NCBI GenBank assembly: GCA_001785575.1
Contig: MFUC01000006.1
Coordinates: 1 to 35,163 of the forward strand
DNA from: Candidatus Nomurabacteria bacterium RIFCSPHIGHO2_02_FULL_38_15
GTDB taxonomy: Bacteria; Patescibacteriota; Minisyncoccia; Phycocordibacterales; UBA9973
Length of the DNA: 35,163 nucleotides
Direction of reading: 5' to 3'
This document shows positions 1 through 9,489 of this stretch, in pieces. The notes under the pieces are model-generated. The model made no database searches. It was not told where the DNA came from and worked only from the letters and a program-made list of their open reading frames with translations. Within the stretch, counting starts at the first letter, position 1. The number at the start of each line of letters is the position of its first letter. The translations under genes and the position numbers were made by a program.

Positions 1-1
1 G

Positions 2-271
2 GAGTTGGTTGACGAAAAAATTCAAGAGTTGAGTGATGAAAATTTTTACAGTACATTCAAACGCATTTGTTTGTACACGAACGATTTGCTATGGGTTGAC
101 CACCTTGAAACGATGGAATATATGCGCAATTCGGTGAACTTACGGGCCTATGGTCAGCGTGAACCTTTAGTTGAATATAAAAAAGAAGGCATTGAACGCT
201 TCAGGGCAATGGAGGTCAATTTTTTGGCTGAATGTCTTAATTTAATCAAGACAATGCAAAGGGCAGTTTAG
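2..271 (+). CDS. secA: Preprotein translocase SecA, C-terminal end (5' partial, enters from window edge)
   Basis: The frame is open from position 2. ...LLWVDHLETMEYMRNSVNLRAYGQREPLVEYKKEGIERF... matches the conserved SecA C-terminal helical region (LRxYxQxDPLxEYKxE). It ends at TAG 269-271 without a Cys-rich zinc tail. Confidence 0.8.
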   Translation, partial: ELVDEKIQELSDENFYSTFKRICLYTNDLLWVDHLETMEYMRNSVNLRAYGQREPLVEYKKEGIERFRAMEVNFLAECLNLIKTMQRAV

Positions 272-347
272 AGTTTAAAATAGCCAAAAACCCTTATTTT
301 GTATAGCTTTTTATACTATAAACACACTAAAAGTCAACTAAAATAGC

Positions 348-376
348 TTGACTTTTGACCCTCATTTTGCTATACT
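348..376 (+). promoter_or_regulatory. Sigma70-like promoter TTGACT-17-TATACT (extended TGc -10)
   Basis: ttgacttttgaccctcattttgctatact read directly, upstream of the 463 CDS. Confidence 0.6.
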
Positions 377-462
377 CCAGGTAGTCCCAAATATGTATTG
401 GGATTTTGCTTTTAAGGCAAAAAATACCACCTTGGAGTTCCGCAGGAGCACAACCTGCAACT

Positions 463-1005
463 ATGCATACAAAAATAAAATTAACATTTTTCCAGTCTTT
501 AATAGTAATGCCGCTTATGGTAACGAACATCCTCGCGGGTGTTCCAGGAAGTGCTACGATTATGACAGGTGAAATGAACTCTATAAATTTGGCTGTAACA
601 GATGTTAGAGCCGAAAAGATTGACAAGTACTTTAAAGATCGTAATATGCCACTCGCTGGCTATGGTCAAAAAATGGTTGACGTCGCCGATAAAAACGATA
701 TCGATTGGAGACTAATACCAGCGATTGCTGTGCGTGAATCAACCGGAGGTAAGTTTGCTTGTAAAAGTAAAACTTTCAATCCCTTCGGTTGGGGATCGTG
801 TAAAATTGGTTTTAAATCTTACGACCATGCGATCGAAGTACTTGGTCAAAATTTAGGAGGTAATAATCCAAATACGAAACGTCATTACGACGAAAAAACC
901 GTAGATGGGATATTAAAAGCTTATAACCCCCCATCAGTTGTTCCTCAATATGCGTCCCAAGTAATAAAGATTATGGATGCTATCGAGAACATAGAGTTAA
1001 AATAA
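463..1005 (+). CDS. Secreted peptidoglycan-hydrolase-like protein (glucosaminidase/FlgJ- or SLT-like motif)
   Basis: ATG at 463 gives a signal-peptide-like N-terminus (MHTKIKLTFFQSLIVMPLMVTNILAGVPG). AGGAG lies at 444-448. The motif AIAVRESTGG...NPFGWG...SYDHAI resembles the catalytic-Glu region of muramidase/glucosaminidase domains. The ORF-track TTG start at 406 seems less likely. Confidence 0.5.
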   Translation: MHTKIKLTFFQSLIVMPLMVTNILAGVPGSATIMTGEMNSINLAVTDVRAEKIDKYFKDRNMPLAGYGQKMVDVADKNDIDWRLIPAIAVRESTGGKFACKSKTFNPFGWGSCKIGFKSYDHAIEVLGQNLGGNNPNTKRHYDEKTVDGILKAYNPPSVVPQYASQVIKIMDAIENIELK

Positions 1006-1006
1006 T

Positions 1007-1038
1007 AAAAGCCCCTGCCCTAAGCGGGGGCTTTTATT
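1007..1038 (+). terminator. Intrinsic terminator hairpin
   Basis: aaaagcccc / ggggctttt stem (1007-1015 with 1027-1035) followed by a T-rich tract, directly after the stop at 1005. Confidence 0.7.
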
Positions 1039-1060
1039 ATCTATAAATTTATTACAAAAT

Positions 1061-1086
1061 ACAAAGCCCCGCAGTGTGCGGGGCTC
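1061..1086 (-). terminator. Intrinsic terminator for the 1097-1432 gene
   Basis: agccccgca-gtg-tgcggggct hairpin (1065-1085). On the minus strand it is followed by tttgtattttgt. Confidence 0.7.
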
Positions 1087-1096
1087 AAATATCGTG

Positions 1097-1432
1097 CTAG
1101 TGGTTTGAAAGTGTGAGTGGCTGATCTAGCTTATCATCCGCCCATTCTGGTGTGGACTTTGTATGCATATATTCTGCGTACATTTTTTCATCCGCAACCT
1201 GCTTCAACTCCGCGTCCTTTCTTTTTATACCACGCCTTTTTTTCAAATTGCGTGTTATCCAGCTTTTAAATGCTGAGATATCAAGGTCTGATTCTTCTGC
1301 AAAGCCTTGATATTTATAAAACAGGCTAGTGCAGATCTTTTCAAAGACGCCTTTTGTTGATTTTGAATTGCTTGTTTTTTTGAAGTTCCCGTACCTTGTA
1401 CAGAATTCATCAATAATAAACTTAGCTTCCAT
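1097..1432 (-). CDS. Hypothetical protein, 111 aa, basic central region
   Basis: The ORF has a dedicated consensus promoter and terminator. No motif recognised. Confidence 0.5.
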   Translation of the reverse strand: MEAKFIIDEFCTRYGNFKKTSNSKSTKGVFEKICTSLFYKYQGFAEESDLDISAFKSWITRNLKKRRGIKRKDAELKQVADEKMYAEYMHTKSTPEWADDKLDQPLTLSNH

Positions 1433-1447
1433 AATCTGTCTGATTGA

Positions 1448-1476
1448 AGTATACTACATTATTTATTTTTTGTCAA
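1448..1476 (-). promoter_or_regulatory. Promoter TTGACA-17-TATACT
   Basis: The minus strand reads ttgacaaaaaataaataatgtagtatact, 15 nt upstream of the ATG at 1432. It sits just downstream of the dnaE stop codon (1486-1488). Confidence 0.65.
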
Positions 1477-1485
1477 CATCACTTT

Positions 1486-4400
1486 TTACAGTGCTTTTAC
1501 TGCTTCAATTATAATGCTCTTTTCGTCATTACGCAAGGTGATTTTGCCAGCTAGGCCAACTGGTTCAGATTTTTCAATAAGGGGGAATAATTCACGATAA
1601 TTTTTAGGGAAAATTACGGCCTCGATACATCCGGTCTTGTCTTCAAATTTTACAAAAACCATTTGTTCGTTATTGCGTGTAAATATTTTGCGATAACTTA
1701 CTGGCAAGGCTACGATTTTAACAACTTGATTGTTTTTGCCAGTTTCCAAGATGTCTTTAATTCTAATTTCAGATTTACCATCATATTTATCAAGTGGGTG
1801 GCCCGAAACATACAAGCCCAACAGCTCCTTCTCCCAATCTAATTTTTGTTTTTGTGTCGCTGGCTGGCAAACCTCTAACTGCATTGATTTAGATTCTAAA
1901 CCTAATGAAAACAGTGAAGTTTGCTCGGTATTGGCCCCAATCGATTTGCGATGCTCTAGAATTTTTTCTAAATTAAACATTAACTGGTTGCGTTCGCCAA
2001 AGTCATCTAATGCACCTGAACAAATCAGGGCCTCCATAGATTTTTTGTTTAAATTTTTGTGTTGAACACGTTCAATAAAATTATCAATACTTGTAAACTT
2101 GCCATTATTTTTACGTTCAGTGATTATGGCTTTACCAATCTCATAGCCAAAGTTTTTAATACTGCGCAAGCCAAAGCGAATTTTGTCAGTTATAACTTCA
2201 CCCTCTACAACTGTGGTAAAGTCTGAAAATGATTCATTCACACTAGGTGGTAAAATTTTAAAGCCCATGCGCTTGGCTTCAATGATCATTTCGCTGACTG
2301 TGTCTAAGTTGTCTGACTCACACGACAATACTGCACTCATATACTCTGAAGGGTAGTGCGCCTTCATATAAGCTGTTCTATAAGCCAATAATGCATAGAC
2401 GGCCGAGTGTGATTTATTAAAGCCATAAGCCGCAAAAGTCTCAATCATTTGCCATAAATCTTTGGCATGTTTTGCCTGCATGCCATTTTCAACGCAGCCA
2501 TCAATAAAATGGTCTTTTTGTTTGGCCATTTCTTCGGGGATTTTTTTACCCACGGCTTTACGAAATTTGTCAGATTCTCCGCGGGTATAGCCGGCCAGAT
2601 CAGTAGCCATTCTCATCACGTCCTCTTGGTACACAATAATACCATATGTGTTTTTCAAAATAGCCTCCATGCGTGGGTCTAGATATTTAATTTTTTCGGG
2701 GTTATGTTTGCGTTCAACATAGTCTGGGATAAAGGCCATTGGTCCTGGACGGTACAACGAGGCCATGGCAATTAGGTCTTCCAAGGTTGTGGGTTTTAAT
2801 TCTTTCAACCATTTTTGCATACCACTTGAGCCAAACTGAAAGACACTAATTGTTTCACCTCGGCCAAAAAGTTCATAAGTTAATTTGTCATCCATGGGTA
2901 TTGTCTCTAGTGTCATGTCAATGTTCCTAATTTTTTTAACCCGCGTGATGGCTTCAGCAATAATTGACAAGTTACGTAAACCCAAAAAATCAAATTTGGG
3001 TAAATTAATAATACCTTCGCGGTCACCCGTGTACATGCTGTATTGGGTTATAATTTTATTCTCACCTTTGGGGTCAAACTGGACTGGTGAAAAGTCGTTG
3101 ATGTTGCCGGTTGGTGAAATAACCACCCCGGCGGCGTGGACTGAAATATGGCGCACATTGCCCTCAATTTTTTTAGCCATATTAATAATCGTTGTCACGT
3201 CACGTTCTTTTTCATAAGCCTCCATTAACTCGGGTGTAATTTTTAAAGCACGATCTATAGTCATGGGGAAGCCCTGTGAGCCCATGGGTATTAATTTAGA
3301 AATTCTATCCCCCGTCATATATGGGTAGCCCAAGGCTCGAGCTACATCGCGCACGGCTCCACGGGCTGCCATTGTACCGAATGTGCCAATTTGAGCCACA
3401 GCATTACTGCCATATTTTGTTTTGGCATAATCAATAATTTCATCGCGTCGTGTGTCGGCAAAGTCCATGTCAATATCAGGTAATGACGGCCGGTCGGGGT
3501 TTAAAAATCTTTCAAACAACAAACCATATTCTATGGGGTTAATGTTTGAAATACCAACCAAATATGAAACCATCGATCCTGCCGCGGACCCTCTCGTTTG
3601 GTTAAAAATCCCCATTCGGGTAGCATTATTTATAAAATCCGCCACACACAAAAAATATGACGAATAGCCTTTGTCGCTGATAATTTTTAATTCAAATTCT
3701 ACTCGCTCAGTAATTTCAGGTGTCTTTTGGATTTTTCGGTCAACATAGCCCTGCTCGACTAATTTTATTAACTCAGCGTTAAATGTTGTATTGGCATCTA
3801 TTGGAAAAGCCGGGAAGAACCATGAAGTAGTGTCAATATCAATATCAACTAAATCAGCCACACCCATTGTATTTTCTACAGCCTCCGGTATTTCAGCAAA
3901 CTCTTCGAGGGCCTTTTTTTCATCGATAAATGACCAGTTGCCGTCCATTTTAAATTCGGCACTATTTGTATTTATTTTCAATAAAGTATCGTGAGCCTCC
4001 TTGTCGTCCTCGCATAAATAATGCGAATCCCAGGTGCCAACAATTGGTATGCCAAACTCGGCCGAGATTTTTTTAATTTCAGGTATTACATTTTTATACC
4101 ATTCATTATAAAAATTAGTCTCACGGTGGCACATAACTTCTAAAAATACATGATCAAAACATTCAATATAAAATTTAATTAAGTCACGTGCCTCGGCGTA
4201 ATGTTTGTTTTTTAATAGCTGTATAAATTCACCGCCTGGGCAACCAGACAGGCAAATTATGCCTGCACCATACTGCTTCAATAAATCTTTATCCATGCGG
4301 GGCTTGTAATAAAAGCCTTCTAAATTAGCCAGTGACACCATCTTCATTAAATTTTTATAACCCAAATTATTTTTAGCAAGCAATGTTAAATGGTAGCGTT

Positions 4401-4674
4401 TAGTATCAGTGCCTGGCTCTTTGTCGAATCTGGTACGATTGGCAATATAAGCCTCAACTCCAATAATTGGTTTAATGCCATTTTTTTTGCACGCTTTATA
4501 AAATTCAATTGCCCCATACATCGCCCCGTGGTCGGTCAATGCCAGTGCCGGCATACCAAATTCTTTAGCCTTTTTAACTAAATCAGGAATTTTTGAAAGC
4601 CCATCCAATAATGAATAATGCGAATGCACGTGCAAATGCACAAAACCTTTATTAATTTCTTTTTCAGCTTCCAT
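1486..4674 (-). CDS. dnaE: DNA polymerase III alpha subunit
   Basis: 1062 aa. It has an N-terminal PHP domain ([15 protein letters not shown]), a polymerase core ([23 protein letters not shown]) and a C-terminal OB fold. Confidence 0.95.
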   Translation of the reverse strand: MEAEKEINKGFVHLHVHSHYSLLDGLSKIPDLVKKAKEFGMPALALTDHGAMYGAIEFYKACKKNGIKPIIGVEAYIANRTRFDKEPGTDTKRYHLTLLAKNNLGYKNLMKMVSLANLEGFYYKPRMDKDLLKQYGAGIICLSGCPGGEFIQLLKNKHYAEARDLIKFYIECFDHVFLEVMCHRETNFYNEWYKNVIPEIKKISAEFGIPIVGTWDSHYLCEDDKEAHDTLLKINTNSAEFKMDGNWSFIDEKKALEEFAEIPEAVENTMGVADLVDIDIDTTSWFFPAFPIDANTTFNAELIKLVEQGYVDRKIQKTPEITERVEFELKIISDKGYSSYFLCVADFINNATRMGIFNQTRGSAAGSMVSYLVGISNINPIEYGLLFERFLNPDRPSLPDIDMDFADTRRDEIIDYAKTKYGSNAVAQIGTFGTMAARGAVRDVARALGYPYMTGDRISKLIPMGSQGFPMTIDRALKITPELMEAYEKERDVTTIINMAKKIEGNVRHISVHAAGVVISPTGNINDFSPVQFDPKGENKIITQYSMYTGDREGIINLPKFDFLGLRNLSIIAEAITRVKKIRNIDMTLETIPMDDKLTYELFGRGETISVFQFGSSGMQKWLKELKPTTLEDLIAMASLYRPGPMAFIPDYVERKHNPEKIKYLDPRMEAILKNTYGIIVYQEDVMRMATDLAGYTRGESDKFRKAVGKKIPEEMAKQKDHFIDGCVENGMQAKHAKDLWQMIETFAAYGFNKSHSAVYALLAYRTAYMKAHYPSEYMSAVLSCESDNLDTVSEMIIEAKRMGFKILPPSVNESFSDFTTVVEGEVITDKIRFGLRSIKNFGYEIGKAIITERKNNGKFTSIDNFIERVQHKNLNKKSMEALICSGALDDFGERNQLMFNLEKILEHRKSIGANTEQTSLFSLGLESKSMQLEVCQPATQKQKLDWEKELLGLYVSGHPLDKYDGKSEIRIKDILETGKNNQVVKIVALPVSYRKIFTRNNEQMVFVKFEDKTGCIEAVIFPKNYRELFPLIEKSEPVGLAGKITLRNDEKSIIIEAVKAL

Positions 4675-4681
4675 TGTCTAC

Positions 4682-4687
4682 ATTATA
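4682..4687 (-). promoter_or_regulatory. -10 box TATAAT, 7 nt upstream of the dnaE ATG
   Basis: The minus strand reads tataat-gtagaca-ATG. No good -35 was seen at 17 nt. Confidence 0.4.
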
Positions 4688-4721
4688 CTACTTTGTTACC
4701 GGTCAATGCCAAAATTTTGTG

Positions 4722-4730
4722 TGGTATAAT
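4722..4730 (+). promoter_or_regulatory. Extended -10 TGgTATAAT, 7 nt upstream of the rnhB ATG
   Basis: tgtgtggtataat-ttagctt-ATG. Confidence 0.5.
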
Positions 4731-4737
4731 TTAGCTT

Positions 4738-5355
4738 ATGAATAAGGGCCAAATGGAATATATTATTGGTATAGACGAAGTCGGGCGGGGGCCATTGGCT
4801 GGGCCTGTGGCCGTTTGTGCGTTTATGTTCTGCACCAGGCAAGACCTGGTGCAGGTTTTACCCAAGAATTTAAAATTGCGGGATTCCAAACAACTTTCAG
4901 TCAAACAGCGTCAAAAGTGGTTTGAAGTTATTTTGAATTGGAAAAAAGAAGGGCTAAGCGATTTTGCTATTTCGTATGTAGATTCAGTTAATATTGATAA
5001 ATTTGGTATTGTGCCATGTATTAAAAAAGCTTTAGCTGAGTGTTTAAAAAAACTTTTAATTTCTAATAAAATAAACCCCGCTGACTGCAAAGTCTTATTA
5101 GATGGGGGATTAAAAGCACCTGTTGAATATGTAAACCAGCAAACTTTTATCAAGGGCGACGAAGACTACCCGCAAATTTCATTGGCCTCGATTGTTGCCA
5201 AAGTCTCGCGCGATAAAATCATGGCCACTTATGCCAAAAAGTACCCCCAATATGGCCTTGGAACCAATTCAGGCTATGGCACATCTGTCCATATGCAAGC
5301 CATCAAAACCCACGGCCTAACCCCCATCCACCGCAAAACTTTTATACATCTGTAA
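4738..5355 (+). CDS. rnhB: Ribonuclease HII
   Basis: IGIDEVGRGPLAGPV catalytic motif, DSKQLS, ASIVAKVSRD. Confidence 0.9.
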   Translation: MNKGQMEYIIGIDEVGRGPLAGPVAVCAFMFCTRQDLVQVLPKNLKLRDSKQLSVKQRQKWFEVILNWKKEGLSDFAISYVDSVNIDKFGIVPCIKKALAECLKKLLISNKINPADCKVLLDGGLKAPVEYVNQQTFIKGDEDYPQISLASIVAKVSRDKIMATYAKKYPQYGLGTNSGYGTSVHMQAIKTHGLTPIHRKTFIHL

Positions 5356-5418
5356 AATCCCCTTTAAAATAAACATAAAAAGTGACTAAGGTCGAACCTT
5401 GAACATTATTTGTAATTT

Positions 5419-6300
5419 TTAAATTTTATGAGCTTTTTTAAACTCGGTAAAAGTAATTGGTTTTTTGCCCTCGGGGGTTACAAGGGTAGGGGTGAATTGA
5501 TTGTCTGCAAAAATAGCTTTGTTGATTTTGACATGTAATTTACTTGGGGGCTTAGCTCCCAATTTAGTTTGGTGTGGGTTATCTATTTCAAAATATAGGC
5601 CTGGCCATGGGTAATAGGCGCGCCATTTTGCCCACAGTATTTTAGGGTCATCAGAGAGATTTATTTTAGCATCTAATTTTTTAGTTTTATATGTTAGTGT
5701 TGCTTGTGTGTGATCTTGATCAGTAGAATTTATTTTGCCCTCTAGCCACTTGGGTATAATATTGACTAGCATTTTGCCACCAATTTCAAATAAATTTTTG
5801 GCCAAGTCGTGACTAAATTCATTGCCATTTAAAACTATTTCTTCTTGAGCAAGTATCGGCCCATGGTCAACTAATTGGTCAAGTAATATTATCGTTACTC
5901 CGGTTTTAGTATCACCATTTAAAATAGGTGCAATTTCTGGTGCAGGGCCCCGATATTTTGGCAGTAATGATGGGTGCACATTTAAAAAGCCATATGGCAC
6001 AGCGTCTAACAAAATGTTTGGTAAAATTTTGCCATAGGCTGCTACAACTGCATATGCGGGTGCGTATTTTAAAATTCCATCTACTGTTGCCTGGTCAATT
6101 TTTGTTGGCTGTAGTATGGGCATGTTATTTTGAAGTGCGAAAAGTTTAGCCGGTGGGGCCGTTAATATTTGCTTGCGACCAACTTTGGCATCGGGCGAAC
6201 ATACTATTAAAGACGGTAAAAAGCCTGAAAGTTTTAAAGATTCAAGTGTGTGTACGGCATAATCAGGCGTACCAAAAAATATAAAGTTATTGTTTTTCAT
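5419..6300 (-). CDS. fmt: Methionyl-tRNA formyltransferase
   Basis: The start is chosen at MKNNNFIFFGTPDYAV (ATG 6300). Motifs NVHPSLLPKYRGPAP are present. It overlaps the def stop by 14 nt. The ORF-track extension to 6366 lies inside def. Confidence 0.9.
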   Translation of the reverse strand: MKNNNFIFFGTPDYAVHTLESLKLSGFLPSLIVCSPDAKVGRKQILTAPPAKLFALQNNMPILQPTKIDQATVDGILKYAPAYAVVAAYGKILPNILLDAVPYGFLNVHPSLLPKYRGPAPEIAPILNGDTKTGVTIILLDQLVDHGPILAQEEIVLNGNEFSHDLAKNLFEIGGKMLVNIIPKWLEGKINSTDQDHTQATLTYKTKKLDAKINLSDDPKILWAKWRAYYPWPGLYFEIDNPHQTKLGAKPPSKLHVKINKAIFADNQFTPTLVTPEGKKPITFTEFKKAHKI

Positions 6301-6856
6301 TAGTAGTATTGTTTTCGGGTAAAATTTCTTCAACATCGGTGGCTTTGTCAATAAATAAAATACCATTCAAGTGGTCAACTTCATGCTGAAAAATGTGGGC
6401 CAAAAGTCTGCCCGAACCGCGCACGTTTAGTTTGCCGTTTTGATCATGGTATTTAAGTGTGACGTTACTGTGGCGCACAACTTTACCATACAGCCATCTG
6501 ACTGATAGACAACCCTCACCCTCTTTTAGGACAGTTTTTTTGGAAAACTTAATAATTTCAGGATTAATAAAGGCTTGATTAGGTATTTTTTTACTAGCTG
6601 GATTTTTATCGTCCTGGAAAATTTTACCAGAAACCATAAAAATACGTAGGCCAATGCCTATTTGTGGGGCGGCAATCGCAACACCATCACTTTGCGAATC
6701 AAGTGCTAGCGACATGTCATGCAAAATCTTTTTTATTTTCGGGCTTTTGATTTCAGCAATTTTTACTTCCTTACTAATTTTGCGCAAGACTTTATTGTTT
6801 TGATCAACAATTTTATCACCAGCTTTATTTTTTTCGTGAATAAGTTTTTTCATCAC
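6287..6856 (-). CDS. def: Peptide deformylase
   Basis: The three deformylase motifs are present: GVAIAAPQIG, EGCLS and HEVDHLNG. Confidence 0.9.
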   Translation of the reverse strand: MMKKLIHEKNKAGDKIVDQNNKVLRKISKEVKIAEIKSPKIKKILHDMSLALDSQSDGVAIAAPQIGIGLRIFMVSGKIFQDDKNPASKKIPNQAFINPEIIKFSKKTVLKEGEGCLSVRWLYGKVVRHSNVTLKYHDQNGKLNVRGSGRLLAHIFQHEVDHLNGILFIDKATDVEEILPENNTTNEKQ

Positions 6857-6877
6857 GTTCTTTTTATATGATTATTT

Positions 6878-8203
6878 CTACTTAAGTTTTTTAAGATATT
6901 CAGCTAAATGATCAAGCTTGATTGTTTCCTGCTTGCGGTTTTGCATGTCACGTACAATAACGGTATTATCAATGGCTTCCTTGTGGCCAAAAATCAAGGC
7001 ATAAGGCGCGCCTGATTTTTCGGCAATGGCTAGCTGTATACCCAAGGTATCCTTGGAAATTGACTGCATAATTGGAATATGCGCCATGCGTAATTGCTCA
7101 ACAACATTCAGGCTTTTTAGTTTAGCCTCAAAGCCAAGTTGAATAAAGTAAATTTTTGGTTTTTTCATGATGCGGGGCTCTAATTTTTTAAACCAAGTAG
7201 CCTCAACAACACGATCAACACCAATAGCCATACCCATAGCTGGCACGTCCTTTTTAGCTCCCAAAGTTTTAGCTAAATAATCATACCGGCCACCGCCACC
7301 AATAGCTAATGGTGTAACATCAGTACCACCGCTTGTCTCAAGAATTTCAAATACGGTGTGTGAGTAATATGAAAGCCCGCGTACTAAATTTTTATTGATA
7401 CGATAAGCAATATTCATTTGATCCAAGTATTCCAGCACTTGCTTGAAGTGTTTTTTACCAGCTGAACTTAAACTGGCAATTGAGTCAGGCGCATTTTCAT
7501 TGATCTTGATTGTGCGGGGGTCTTTGGAATCCAAAATTCGCAAGGGATTTGTTTTCAAACGCTCGCGGTCAATTGGCGATAAATCAGCAATGTGTTTTTT
7601 GTAATAATTTACCAATTCTTTGATATATACTGGACGTGATTCTTTGTCGCCAATTGAATTGATATCAACGATAATTTCTTGGGCACCAGCTTCCTTTAAA
7701 ATTGAAACGGCTGTTTTAATAATCAAGGCATCAGCAATACTTTTTTCAGTGCCTAGAATTTCTAAATTAAATTGACGAAATTCGCGGTAACGACCATTTT
7801 GTGGGTTATCGTGGCGATAAACTGGGCCATAGCTGTACAGCATGACTGGTTGAGGTAATGACTGCATTCCTTTTTCAAAATAGGCTCGCATAATTGAGGC
7901 TGTATATTCTGGGCGAATAGCCAATTTGTCGCCACCTTTGGTTTTTAAAGTGTACATTTCCTTGTCGATAATATCGGTACCTTCACCTATACCGCTAGTC
8001 CATAAAGCTTCTTGCTCCATAATTGGAGTCTCAATTGGTTTAAAGCCGTAATACATGGCAACTTCTTGGGCCTTTTCAAAAAAGCCTTGATAATAGTAAT
8101 AGTCTTCGTTGAAAATATCACGCATACCACGAACTGACTGAGCCATTTCTTTCTTTGGCTCTTTTTTGATCTCATTTTTTTGATTTATTTTTTTATCTGT
8201 CAT
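6878..8203 (-). CDS. hisS: Histidyl-tRNA synthetase
   Basis: VRGMRD, LAIRPEYTAS, YRHDNPQNGRYREFRQ and GGGGRYD motifs. It has a Lys-rich N-terminal extension. An alternative start is MAQSVRG at 8146. Confidence 0.9.
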   Translation of the reverse strand: MTDKKINQKNEIKKEPKKEMAQSVRGMRDIFNEDYYYYQGFFEKAQEVAMYYGFKPIETPIMEQEALWTSGIGEGTDIIDKEMYTLKTKGGDKLAIRPEYTASIMRAYFEKGMQSLPQPVMLYSYGPVYRHDNPQNGRYREFRQFNLEILGTEKSIADALIIKTAVSILKEAGAQEIIVDINSIGDKESRPVYIKELVNYYKKHIADLSPIDRERLKTNPLRILDSKDPRTIKINENAPDSIASLSSAGKKHFKQVLEYLDQMNIAYRINKNLVRGLSYYSHTVFEILETSGGTDVTPLAIGGGGRYDYLAKTLGAKKDVPAMGMAIGVDRVVEATWFKKLEPRIMKKPKIYFIQLGFEAKLKSLNVVEQLRMAHIPIMQSISKDTLGIQLAIAEKSGAPYALIFGHKEAIDNTVIVRDMQNRKQETIKLDHLAEYLKKLK

Positions 8204-8221
8204 ATTTTTTATTACAAAGCT

Positions 8222-8815
8222 TTATTGATTAAGTAAATTAGTTTTGCCTGGTAGATAATCAATGCGAGTAAGTGGCCAAAGTCGTAAATAAACTCGACCA
8301 ACCATCCTGTCTTCATCTAGTAAACCCCAAGCTCTGGAATCGTAACTGACTGGTCGGTTATCACCCAAAACAAAAACCTTTTTTTCGGGTACGGTGATTG
8401 TTAAATTATAGCCATCATGATTTTCTAAATAATCCTCGGCTACTGTAAAGCCATTTGGATGAAGTCTGTTTTTGATTGTCACTGTGCCATCAGATCTAAG
8501 AGTTACTGTGTCGCCCGGCAGGCCGATCAGGCGTTTGACCAAGTACTTACGCTTTTCCAAGGGGAAGTGAAAAACCACGGCATCGCCTCGGTGGATTTTG
8601 TTTAGGTTGTAGCTTAGTTTATCAACAATTAAATATTCGTTATTATGGAATGTTGGGTCCATTGACGAACCTGAAACAACAAATGGTTGCATAATAAAGT
8701 ATCTAATTGGCACGACAATTATAGCCGCAACAAGTAAAAACCTAAAAAGCTCTTTTGCATCAGTCATTGAAAAGCCTCCTTTTTTTACAATTTCCACCTT
8801 ACTTTCTTCGTTCAT
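8222..8815 (-). CDS. lepB: Signal peptidase I
   Basis: GSSMDPT (catalytic Ser), VKRLIGLPGD and GDNRPVSYDSR motifs. The start at 8815 (MNEESK) is 7 nt downstream of a TATACT box. An alternative ATG at 8767 is preceded by AGGAGG. Confidence 0.85.
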   Translation of the reverse strand: MNEESKVEIVKKGGFSMTDAKELFRFLLVAAIIVVPIRYFIMQPFVVSGSSMDPTFHNNEYLIVDKLSYNLNKIHRGDAVVFHFPLEKRKYLVKRLIGLPGDTVTLRSDGTVTIKNRLHPNGFTVAEDYLENHDGYNLTITVPEKKVFVLGDNRPVSYDSRAWGLLDEDRMVGRVYLRLWPLTRIDYLPGKTNLLNQ

Positions 8816-8822
8816 TTGTGTA

Positions 8823-8851
8823 AGTATACACTTTTTTAAACATTGACACAA
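8823..8851 (-). promoter_or_regulatory. Promoter TTGTGT-17-TATACT for the lepB-hisS-def-fmt operon
   Basis: The minus strand reads ttgtgtcaatgtttaaaaaagtgtatact, then 7 nt, then the ATG at 8815. Confidence 0.5.
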
Positions 8852-8856
8852 ACACA

Positions 8857-8896
8857 CCCCACCCCTAACCCCTCCCCGGCAGAGCCAAGGAGGGGG
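8857..8896. repeat. GC-rich hairpin element, copy 1 (CCCCACCCC..CCCCTCCCC..GGAGGGGG)
   Basis: ccccacccctaacccctccccggcagagccaaggaggggg. The stem is cccctcc (8869-8875) with ggagggg (8889-8895). A related copy lies at 30579-30619. It stands out as a G/C run in AT-rich DNA. Confidence 0.6.
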
Positions 8897-8911
8897 AAAG
8901 CTACAATAATG

Positions 8912-8920
8912 TGATATAAT
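8912..8920 (+). promoter_or_regulatory. Extended -10 TGaTATAAT, 7 nt upstream of the pth ATG
   Basis: aatgtgatataat-ttaaaat-ATG. Confidence 0.5.
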
Positions 8921-8927
8921 TTAAAAT

Positions 8928-9485
8928 ATGTATGTATTTGGTTTAGGCAATCCTGGCAAGAAATATGAAAATACCCCACACAATGCGGGCCAGATTGCCT
9001 TGGGTAATTTGCCCAGTATTGTGGGTGTAGAAATAATTTACCCTGACACATTCATGAACGAGTCGGGCAAATTTATTAAAAAGTTTTTAAGCTACAAAAA
9101 TCTTTCTAAAAATACAAATACTAATCAATATGCAAATATAGTAATAGTGTATGATGATATTGACTTGCCACTAGGTGAGTTTAAACTGGCATTTGGGCGG
9201 GGTGATGGTGGCCATAATGGCTTAACTTCAGTTATTAACGAATTAGGCACAAAAGATTTTATTAGATTGCGCATTGGTATTTGCCCAACTGATAAAGATG
9301 GCCTTATGCGCAAACCAAAAAATATTTTTGGTGGGAATGCTACGCATAAATATGTTTTACGCCCTCTTTCAGAGACAGGGTTTCAAAAAATAAAATCAAA
9401 CAGTTTAAAAATTAAAGCCATTTTAGAATCTCTTTCTACAAATGGCTACGAAAAAACCACCAGTTTTATGGGGGTTTTGTCGTAA
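8928..9485 (+). CDS. pth: Peptidyl-tRNA hydrolase
   Basis: FGLGNPGKKYENTPHNAG, FMNESG and GGHNGL motifs. Confidence 0.9.
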   Translation: MYVFGLGNPGKKYENTPHNAGQIALGNLPSIVGVEIIYPDTFMNESGKFIKKFLSYKNLSKNTNTNQYANIVIVYDDIDLPLGEFKLAFGRGDGGHNGLTSVINELGTKDFIRLRIGICPTDKDGLMRKPKNIFGGNATHKYVLRPLSETGFQKIKSNSLKIKAILESLSTNGYEKTTSFMGVLS

Positions 9486-9489
9486 ATTA

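Noticed and set aside
332-353. Inverted repeat agtcaa-N10-ttgact, suggesting a divergent TTGACT-16-TATAAA promoter firing back toward secA.
   Set aside because: There is no ORF, tRNA-like fold or terminator downstream on the minus strand. It could be coincidence or an operator overlapping the + promoter, and the evidence is insufficient.
327-626. The overlapping ORFs 327-626 (-) and 348-572 (+), and the TTG start at 406.
   Set aside because: They lie over the promoter, leader and 5' end of the 463-1005 gene. Only the frame from ATG 463 gives a signal peptide plus a hydrolase-like motif.
5389-5401. aaggt-cga-acctt hairpin between the convergent rnhB and fmt genes, considered as a terminator.
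   Set aside because: It has only a 5-bp stem with a 3-nt loop and no flanking U-tract on either strand.
8836-9051. 71-aa minus-strand ORF running through the GC-rich element and the pth start.
   Set aside because: It is produced by the poly-C/G hairpin (a GEGLGVG-type translation artefact) and overlaps pth.
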